From a virus (taxonomy: Duplodnaviria > Heunggongvirae > Uroviricota > Caudoviricetes): 4,929 nt of DNA. A program made the translations under genes and the position numbers. The stretch spans positions 1 to 4,929 of IMG/VR virus record IMGVR_UViG_2690316115_000007, one strand, 5' to 3'. Numbering within the stretch: position 1 is the first letter of the stretch; the number at the start of each line of letters is the position of its first letter. The notes under the pieces were generated by a model. It saw only the letters and a program-made list of their open reading frames with translations, did not search any database and was not told where the DNA came from. Shown here piece by piece: positions 1 to 4,929 of the stretch.

Positions 1-219
1 CTCCTCCGGCAGAAGCAGAAAAAGCTTATTATGCTTCCATCGGAAACGATGATCTGGCAGCCTGAGTTCACAGATAAAACACTCTCCAGGAAACCCGGGG
101 CGGTTCAATTTCCCTGTCACCTGGTACATTCACTGCATAGCAATACTCCACCTTCGCTTTTCCACCCGGTACAGGAAGCGCAATCAGTTGCGAGCGACGG
201 TAGTGTGTTGTTAAACTGT

Positions 220-804
220 TCATGCGTTAGTTTCTCCACAACCAGAAGCAATCGACGCCACGACGCCCGGAGCTGCACACTCGCGGGCGTTACTCTTTTC
301 CGGCGCACAAAAAACACGAAATAACAGTGTTAAATGCTCCTGCCACTTCGCCATTACTTGGTAGCTGTTCTCTTCGATTTGCTCACGCTCAGCCTGGTCA
401 ATAACTCCATCAGCAGTTGCCTTGCGTAAGTACTGGGAATGCTTGCCAATCCATTCTATTGACTCCATCAGCCGCTGATTAATGTCACCATTGTCAATGT
501 CATCAATGACCACCAGCGGCACAAACACCCCATTACTACGACGGGCTATTGCATCTGTTACATGCCTGGTACCACTGGCATCCTGTAAAACCATGGCCCA
601 CTCAAGTGGAAAAATTTGATCCCCACCGCTACGCAGTCTGTTATGCAATTGATCTTTTGCTGGGGTGATATCATCAGATTTATACAAACCAAGAATTTCT
701 GCTGCTTCCTCATAGCCATGAGGTAAATCAGCAATCGTTCTTCGTATTGCTGCCACCAGCCATGCTGGTTGTTTATCAACTTTCCATTCAGGTTCTTTAC
801 CCAC
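220..804 (-). CDS. CII-position regulatory protein (CII/CP76-like or YdaT-like, tentative), 194 aa, GTG start
   Basis: Longest minus-strand ORF directly downstream of cro (27-nt gap). GTG start at 802-804 is preceded by GAGGAA (revcomp of 812-817) at 6-nt spacing. By eye, the N-terminal segment (AAEILGL...PLEWAMV) resembles the helix-turn-helix region of lambda CII (AEAVGV...LEWGVV). At 194 aa it is about twice the size of lambda CII, so the family assignment is tentative. The 3' end and the region 1-220 are not confidently resolved. Confidence 0.45.
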
Positions 805-831
805 GGTTAATTCCTCATTTCTGTGGTGTTT

Positions 832-1029
832 TTATGCCGCAGCACTGTTAGTCTTTTGATATAAAGACACGTCAACTTTCAGTTTCCCGTTAGTAATTTT
901 TTCTAACTGGTACGCTCGGCCTTCAGGAATAATCTCAGGCCACTCTGAAACAGACGGATGCTTAATACCTAGGGCTTCGGCGGTTTTACAAACTCCGCCG
1001 AAATAATTAATCACGTCGGATTTCCGCAT
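832..1029 (-). CDS. cro: Cro-like small HTH repressor (Cro/YdaS-type), 65 aa
   Basis: ATG at 1027-1029 (minus strand) preceded by GGGAGA (revcomp of 1035-1040) at 5-nt spacing. Transcribed divergently from the repressor gene across the operator region. The protein motif FGG..KTAEALGI..PSVSEW parallels lambda Cro (FGQTKTAKDLGV.QSAINKA), and the short Ala-rich C-terminus is similar. Size and position are typical of cro. Confidence 0.75.
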   Translation of the reverse strand: MRKSDVINYFGGVCKTAEALGIKHPSVSEWPEIIPEGRAYQLEKITNGKLKVDVSLYQKTNSAAA

Positions 1030-1060
1030 TTCTGTCTCCCGTTAAATTACGTTAAGCAGA

Positions 1061-1090
1061 AATGTAGGATATCCAACATGCCAATGTCAA
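1061..1090 (-). promoter_or_regulatory. PR-like promoter driving cro: -35 TTGACA (revcomp of 1085-1090), 18-nt spacer, -10 TACATT (revcomp of 1061-1066)
   Basis: Consensus -35 hexamer and a 4/6 -10 hexamer on the minus strand, about 30 nt upstream of the cro SD. The -10 and spacer lie inside operator O1. The same -35/spacer/-10 arrangement recurs at 1865-1894 on the plus strand. Confidence 0.55.
1062..1079. promoter_or_regulatory. Operator O1: 18-bp near-palindrome ATGTAGGATATCCAACAT
   Basis: Imperfect inverted repeat (half-sites ATGTAGGAT / ATGTTGGAT, 8 of 9 symmetric). Overlaps the -10 of the PR-like promoter. Its exact reverse complement occurs at 1876-1893. Confidence 0.65.
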
Positions 1091-1126
1091 GAATCCTACA
1101 TGGGCATGTGGTAGGATTGCCTACAT
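1084..1126. promoter_or_regulatory. Operator-like sites O2 (about 1084-1101, good half-site ATCCTACAT at 1093-1101) and O3 (1109-1126, tgGTAGGAT/TGCCTACAT)
   Basis: Reiterated ATGTAGGAT/ATCCTACAT-type half-sites. Centre-to-centre spacings from O1 are about 22 and 47 bp, resembling the tripartite lambda OR layout. O3 overlaps the repressor start codon (CCTACATG). A weak rightward -10-like TAGGAT at 1112-1117 could serve as a PRM-like promoter. Confidence 0.45.
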
Positions 1127-1778
1127 GATGAACATGAGTGATCGTATTCGCCAAAGGCGAAAAGAACTGAACCTGACACAACAAGCACTGGCTGATTTGA
1201 CTGGTGTGAACCGTGTCACGGTTACTGGATGGGAAAAGGACGACTACCAACCAAATGGAGCCAACCTTCAAGCCCTAGCCAACGCACTTAAATGCGATCC
1301 TCTGTGGCTTGTTAGCGGAAAAGGCTCGCCTGAACCAAAGATAAATCTAAAACCTGAAATATTCGCAGTTAAAAAAGTCCCCCTAATCTCGTGGGTTCAG
1401 GCGGGTTCATGGACAATGACGGAGCCTGGTGTCAGGAAAGAAGATGCTGAAGAGTGGGTTTATACTACCGCCCTTGTATCAGAAATGGCATTTGCACTAC
1501 GGGTCCGTGGTGATTCAATGACCAATCCCCTCGGCTCACCATCGATACCAGAAGGTTCTATCGTTATCGTAGAGCCAGATATTATTGATACAGAGTGTAT
1601 TAACGGAAAAATCGTTGTTGCCCATATCAATGGTGGGCAAGAAGCGACACTCAAAAAATTTGTTGAGGACTGGCCGAACAGGTATCTCGTCCCACTAAAT
1701 CCTAACTATAAAACTATTGAATGCGGTGAGAACTGCAGAATAGTTGGTCTTGTCAAACAAGTAATAATGGATTTTTGA
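1125..1778 (+). CDS. cI: Lambda-CI-like prophage repressor: N-terminal XRE-type HTH plus C-terminal LexA/S24 autopeptidase domain, 217 aa
   Basis: HTH segment LTQQALADLTGVNRVTVTGWE. Ala-Gly cleavage-site motif WVQA|GSW (codons 93-94, nt 1401-1406) matching lambda VQAGMF. Catalytic Ser in RVRGDSM (nt 1515-1517) and a Lys pair in ATLKKF. C-terminus LNPNYKTIECGENCRIVGLV closely parallels lambda CI [20 protein letters not shown]. Three in-frame ATGs (1125, 1128, 1134) make the exact start uncertain. Confidence 0.9.
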   Translation: MMNMSDRIRQRRKELNLTQQALADLTGVNRVTVTGWEKDDYQPNGANLQALANALKCDPLWLVSGKGSPEPKINLKPEIFAVKKVPLISWVQAGSWTMTEPGVRKEDAEEWVYTTALVSEMAFALRVRGDSMTNPLGSPSIPEGSIVIVEPDIIDTECINGKIVVAHINGGQEATLKKFVEDWPNRYLVPLNPNYKTIECGENCRIVGLVKQVIMDF

Positions 1779-1798
1779 CACATCTTCCTCACTATCGC

Positions 1799-1824
1799 AA
1801 AACCGGGGTATCCCCGGTTTTTTT
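1799..1824. terminator. Bidirectional rho-independent terminator downstream of the repressor gene
   Basis: Perfect hairpin CCGGGG-tat-CCCCGG (1803-1817), extended by AAAA (1799-1802) pairing with TTTT (1818-1821) and followed by a run of 7 T (1818-1824). The upstream A-run gives terminator character on the minus strand as well. Confidence 0.7.
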
Positions 1825-1840
1825 ATGAGCCTATCTTTTT

Positions 1841-1894
1841 ATGTAGGATAACCAACATAAACTCTTGACACTCACATGTTGGATATCCTACATT
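1841..1894 (+). promoter_or_regulatory. PL-like early promoter with two operators: OL-a ATGTAGGATAACCAACAT (1841-1858), -35 TTGACA (1865-1870), OL-b ATGTTGGATATCCTACAT (1876-1893), -10 TACATT (1889-1894)
   Basis: Consensus -35, 18-nt spacer and a 4/6 -10, identical in architecture to the cro promoter. OL-b is the exact reverse complement of O1 and overlaps the spacer and -10. OL-a is a 17/18 match to O1. Confidence 0.6.
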
Positions 1895-2088
1895 TGTTTT
1901 TAGAGTTGTGGTGAATGCGCAGGCTGATGCGCGAAAGACATTGCAGCTATTGCGGAAAAGAGCTGTTCGGCGGGGCAATTAAACGCCCGTGAGAGTCTGA
2001 AATAACCGCAAGCCGGAGATCAGCACCGGTCACCACAACAGCCACTGCTTTGGCGGTACCAGTTTGTACACTTGCTTCCGGCTGGTAC

Positions 2089-2100
2089 CGCTCTTTTTAC
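2089..2100 (+). promoter_or_regulatory. boxA-like motif CGCTCTTTTTAC in the early leader
   Basis: Resembles the lambda nut boxA core CGCTCTTA and the rrn boxA TGCTCTTTAACAA. Sits about 190 nt downstream of the PL-like promoter and immediately 5' of a long hairpin. Confidence 0.3.
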
Positions 2101-2187
2101 AAAACAGAGAAGAGCATCACCGGACGACGGGCTCATAACCCAATCCATCCGGGCGGCTGCCACCGCAGGTGTTCTTCTCTGTTTTGT
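2099..2187 (+). other. Large leader RNA hairpin: 13-bp perfect inverted repeat AAAACAGAGAAGA (2101-2113) / TCTTCTCTGTTTT (2173-2185), extendable to about 20 bp with G-U pairs, enclosing about 50-60 nt of GC-rich sequence
   Basis: Inverted repeat read directly from the sequence. The 3' arm ends in UUUU followed by GUGG. Candidate nut/put-like antitermination element or a tL-type terminator/attenuator between the promoter and the first gene. Confidence 0.4.
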
Positions 2188-2235
2188 GGAGAAACCAACC
2201 GACCTTACAGGGTCGATATGATGAGGAGCAGCAAA

Positions 2236-2598
2236 ATGGCTAGCGAACGCAGTACTGATGTGCAGGCATTTATCGGGGAGCTGGACGGCGGCGTATTTGA
2301 AACCAAAATCGGCGCTGTTCTCAGTGAAGTCGCTTCCGGTGTGATGAACACGAAAACCAAAGGTAAGGTCTCGCTCAACCTGGAAATCGAACCGTTTGAT
2401 GAGAACCGTGTGAAAATCAAACACAAACTCTCATATGTTCGCCCGACTAACCGCGGGAAAATTTCTGAAGAAGACACCACCGAAACGCCGATGTATGTCA
2501 ATCGCGGTGGTCGCCTGACTATTCTGCAGGAAGACCAGGGACAATTACTGACTCTTGCCGGTGAACCTGACGGAAAACTCCGCGCAGCAGGTCATTAA
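2236..2598 (+). CDS. yfdP: YfdP-like prophage protein of unknown function, 120 aa
   Basis: ATG at 2236 preceded by the strong SD GAGGAG (2223-2228) at 7-nt spacing. The upstream in-frame extension to 2050 has no SD and overlaps the structured leader. The 120-aa length and its position immediately before the 274-aa and 178-aa genes match my recollection of yfdP-yfdQ-yfdR in K-12 CPS-53. In-frame ATGs at 2218 and 2221 are alternative starts. Confidence 0.7.
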   Translation: MASERSTDVQAFIGELDGGVFETKIGAVLSEVASGVMNTKTKGKVSLNLEIEPFDENRVKIKHKLSYVRPTNRGKISEEDTTETPMYVNRGGRLTILQEDQGQLLTLAGEPDGKLRAAGH

Positions 2599-2663
2599 TA
2601 TCGTTCTTAATTAACTGATTATTTATCTCATCACTGAATATCTTTATATAGTGAGGACTTATT

Positions 2664-3488
2664 ATGTCTCAGAACTTAGACGCAACCGCAATTAATCAAA
2701 TCCATGCTCTTATTTCTGCTCAGGGTGTTAATGAAATTATCAGTAATATTGGTGCCGATGCTGTGGCATTGCCTGAGAATTTCCGCATTCATGATCTGGA
2801 AAAATTTAATTTAAATCGCTTCCGTTTCCGTGGCGCGCTTTCCACTGCCAGCATCGATGATTTTACCCGTTATTCTAAAGATCTTGCAGATGAAGGCACC
2901 CGCTGCTTTATCGATGCTGATAATATGCGTGCCGTCAGTGTGCTTAACCTGGGTACTATTGATGAACCAGGTCACGCAGATAACACCGCCACTCTCAAAC
3001 TGAAAAAGACAGCACCGTTCTCTGCTCTGTTGTCTGTTAACGGCGAGCGTAACTCCCAGAAGTCACTGGCAGAATGGATTGAAGACTGGGCCGACTACCT
3101 TGTGGGCTTTGATGCTAATGGTGACGCCATTCAGGCAACCAAAGCGGCTGCGGCGATCCGTAAAATCACAATTGAAGCGAACCAGACCGCTGATTTTGAA
3201 GATAATGACTTCAGCGGCAAACGCTCCCTGATGGAGTCTGTCGAAGCGAAGACCAAAGACATTATGCCAGTGGCATTTGAATTTAAATGCGTTCCGTTTG
3301 AAGGTCTGAAAGAACGTCCATTTAAATTACGCCTCAGCATTATCACTGGCGATCGTCCTGTACTGGTTCTGCGCATTATTCAGCTGGAAGCAGTGCAGGA
3401 AGAAATGGCTAACGAATTTCGTGATCTGCTTGTTGAGAAATTCAAAGACAGCAAAGTAGAAACCTTTATTGGTACTTTCACCGCCTGA
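2664..3488 (+). CDS. yfdQ: YfdQ-like protein (DUF2303-type as recalled), 274 aa, function unknown
   Basis: ATG at 2664 with SD GAGGA (2653-2657) at 6-nt spacing. Clean 274-aa ORF. Length and synteny match my recollection of K-12 YfdQ. No catalytic motif recognised by eye. Confidence 0.75.
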   Translation: MSQNLDATAINQIHALISAQGVNEIISNIGADAVALPENFRIHDLEKFNLNRFRFRGALSTASIDDFTRYSKDLADEGTRCFIDADNMRAVSVLNLGTIDEPGHADNTATLKLKKTAPFSALLSVNGERNSQKSLAEWIEDWADYLVGFDANGDAIQATKAAAAIRKITIEANQTADFEDNDFSGKRSLMESVEAKTKDIMPVAFEFKCVPFEGLKERPFKLRLSIITGDRPVLVLRIIQLEAVQEEMANEFRDLLVEKFKDSKVETFIGTFTA

Positions 3489-3500
3489 TTTCATTACTGC

Positions 3501-3522
3501 AAATGCCCCTGCGGGGGCATTT
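3501..3522. other. Stem-loop AAATGCCCC-tgcg-GGGGCATTT immediately after yfdQ; possible weak intrinsic terminator or attenuator
   Basis: 9-bp perfect stem with a 4-nt loop, 13 nt after the yfdQ stop codon. Only a short U-tract follows (UUUAU), so complete termination is doubtful. Confidence 0.4.
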
Positions 3523-3616
3523 ATGGAAACGTAATTAACTCAATAATCGCCGGATGGTGCGGGATTCCTTTTACCCGAATTCAGCGCGGTGCAGCGCATA
3601 TAAAGTGGAGAACGAA

Positions 3617-4153
3617 ATGTCATTTATTAAAACTTTTTCCGGGAAGCATTTTTATTATGACAAGATAAATAAAGACGACATCGTGATTAACGATATCGCG
3701 GTTTCCCTTTCAAATATCTGTCGCTTTGCAGGACATCTTTCACACTTCTACAGTGTCGCCCAGCATGCGGTGCTTTGCCGCCAGCTGGTGCCGCAGGAAT
3801 TTGCTTTTGAAGCGTTAATGCATGATGCAACAGAAGCGTATTGCCAGGACATCCCCGCACCACTGAAACGACTTCTTCCTGACTATAAACGGATGGAGGA
3901 AAAAATAGACGCCGTAATCCGTGAGAAATACGGGTTACCTCCTGTTATGAGCACGCCAGTGAAATATGCCGATCTCATCATGCTGGCAACCGAACGCCGC
4001 GATCTCGGACTTGATGATGGCTCTTTCTGGCCTGTATTGGAAGGTATCCCGGCAACAGAGATGTTCAAAGTGATTCCACTGGCACCGGGCCATGCCTACG
4101 GGATGTTTATGGAACGCTTCAACGAGTTATCGGAATTACGCAAATGTGCATAA
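3617..4153 (+). CDS. yfdR: HD-domain phosphohydrolase, YfdR-like (5'-deoxynucleotidase family), 178 aa
   Basis: ATG at 3617 with SD GGAG (3607-3610) at 6-nt spacing. The HD signature is in LMHDATEAY (His-Asp at nt 3821-3826). The 178-aa length and position match my recollection of K-12 YfdR. The longer 199-aa ORF from 3554 lacks an SD. Confidence 0.8.
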   Translation: MSFIKTFSGKHFYYDKINKDDIVINDIAVSLSNICRFAGHLSHFYSVAQHAVLCRQLVPQEFAFEALMHDATEAYCQDIPAPLKRLLPDYKRMEEKIDAVIREKYGLPPVMSTPVKYADLIMLATERRDLGLDDGSFWPVLEGIPATEMFKVIPLAPGHAYGMFMERFNELSELRKCA

Positions 4154-4869
4154 CTCATGTAGTTAGTTTTTCTGGCGGGAGAACATCTGCATATCTTGTT
4201 CACCTGATGGAAGAACAAAGAAAGGCTGGCAATAACGTCTGCTACACCTTTATGGATACCGGTTGCGAACATCCGCTGACATACCGCTTTATTCGGGAGG
4301 TTGTGAAGTTCTGGGGCATACCGCTAACTGTGTTGCAGGTCGATATAAATCCAGAGCTTGGGCAGCCAAATGGTTATACGGAATGGGAACCAAAGGATAT
4401 TCAGACGCGAATGCCGGTGCTTAAACCGTTTATGGACATGGTTAAAAAGTACGGTACGCCATACATCGGCGGCGCATTCTGTACTGACAGGCTAAAACTC
4501 ACCCCTTTCACGAAATATTGCGATGACCATTTTGGGCGAGGGAATTACATCACATGGCTGGGTATTCGTGCAGACGAACCCCGCAGGCTGAAACCGAAAC
4601 CGGGCGTCCGGTATCTCGCCGAACTGTCAGATTTTGATAAGTCGGATGTTATCCGGTGGTGGCGTAAACAGCCGTTCGATTTACTTATCCCTGAGCACCT
4701 CGGGAACTATGTTTTCTGCATCAAAAAGTCAACGCAAAAGCTGGGGCTTGCATGTAAGGACGAACCTGGCCTGATGCGGGTTTTTAATGAACTGGTTACA
4801 GGCCAACACGTCAGGGACGGTCTGAGGTGTACTGACAATAGCGGACACTACCATTTGTTCTTTTTTTAA
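4144..4869 (+). CDS. PAPS-reductase-family PP-loop protein (phosphoadenosine phosphosulfate reductase-like), 241 aa
   Basis: PP-loop-like motif VVSFSGGRTS (nt 4165-4188). FMDTGCEHPLTYRFIREV closely parallels E. coli CysH ILTDTGYLFPETYRFIDEL. The start codon overlaps the yfdR stop (ATGTGCATAA, 4144-4153), indicating translational coupling. Confidence 0.8.
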   Translation: MCITHVVSFSGGRTSAYLVHLMEEQRKAGNNVCYTFMDTGCEHPLTYRFIREVVKFWGIPLTVLQVDINPELGQPNGYTEWEPKDIQTRMPVLKPFMDMVKKYGTPYIGGAFCTDRLKLTPFTKYCDDHFGRGNYITWLGIRADEPRRLKPKPGVRYLAELSDFDKSDVIRWWRKQPFDLLIPEHLGNYVFCIKKSTQKLGLACKDEPGLMRVFNELVTGQHVRDGLRCTDNSGHYHLFFF

Positions 4870-4929
4870 GCAGCTATCTGATGATATTTTTCCCTGAAGG
4901 CTGCCGGGGAGATATTCCCCAGACGAGAG

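Noticed and set aside
31-324. Plus-strand 97-aa ORF (31-324) and minus-strand 66-aa ORF (117-317) at the left edge
   Set aside because: They overlap each other and the 3' end of the CII-position gene, have no convincing ribosome-binding sites and give low-complexity translations with no recognisable motifs. Most likely not coding; the left 220 bp stays unassigned.
558-779. Minus-strand 73-aa ORF inside the CII-position gene in another frame
   Set aside because: Fully embedded in a better-supported ORF; no SD and no recognisable features.
1047-1271. Minus-strand 74-aa ORF spanning the operator region and the 5' part of the repressor gene
   Set aside because: It would read through the operators and promoters and lies antisense to the strongly supported repressor gene; implausible as a gene.
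1460-1654. Minus-strand 64-aa ORF antisense within the repressor gene
   Set aside because: Antisense shadow ORF inside a well-supported CDS, with no start signals.
1061-1894. Repeated ATGTAGGAT/ATCCTACAT units considered as a possible CRISPR array or transposon terminal inverted repeats
   Set aside because: The repeats are short palindromic half-sites at irregular spacing that flank a repressor gene and overlap promoter hexamers, which is the pattern of phage operators. There are no regular repeat-spacer units, no transposase and no target-site duplication.
2020-2501. Minus-strand ORFs 2020-2424 (134 aa) and 2205-2501 (98 aa), and the 5' extension of the plus-strand ORF from 2050
   Set aside because: The minus-strand ORFs are antisense to the yfdP-like gene and its structured leader. 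The 2050 start has no SD and runs through the long hairpin, whereas ATG 2236 has a strong GAGGAG SD and gives the expected 120-aa product.
3131-4068. Minus-strand ORFs 3131-3376 (81 aa) and 3883-4068 (61 aa), and the 5' extension of the yfdR-like ORF from 3554
   Set aside because: These are antisense shadow ORFs within well-supported plus-strand genes. The 3554 start lacks an SD, while ATG 3617 has GGAG at proper spacing and gives the expected 178-aa protein.
4881-4929. Possible start of another plus-strand gene (ATG at 4881, MIFFPEGCRGDIPQTR...) running off the window, plus a small inverted repeat GGGGA-gatat-TCCCC at 4906-4920
   Set aside because: No SD precedes the ATG and the ORF is truncated by the window edge; the inverted repeat is short. 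Not enough sequence to support either call.

Overview
The window reads as the immunity and early-control region of a temperate lambdoid prophage from an enterobacterium, laid out as a mirror image of the classical lambda map. From left to right: a CII-position regulator (220-804, minus strand), a Cro-like gene (832-1029, minus), a 95-bp divergent operator/promoter region with three operator-like sites (1030-1124), a lambda-CI-like LexA-type autocleavable repressor (1125-1778, plus), a bidirectional intrinsic terminator (1799-1824), a second operator/promoter block (1841-1894) carrying an 18-mer that is the exact reverse complement of the cro-side operator, and a ~340-nt structured leader with a boxA-like motif and a long hairpin. 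This is followed by a tightly packed plus-strand operon of four genes: a 120-aa protein, a 274-aa protein, a 178-aa HD-domain phosphohydrolase and a 241-aa PAPS-reductase-family PP-loop protein. The first three match in order and exact length what I recall of yfdP, yfdQ and yfdR of the E. coli K-12 cryptic prophage CPS-53/KplE1; that match is from memory and not verified. No rRNA, tRNA, CRISPR array or transposon signature is visible. The most interesting part is the four-gene cassette sitting immediately under repressor control, in the position where lambda carries N, ral, sieB and kil. That position is typically occupied by host-takeover, exclusion or anti-defence functions, and this cassette has no established role in the phage life cycle. 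All calls rest on reading the sequence and the supplied ORF track; no database search was run.
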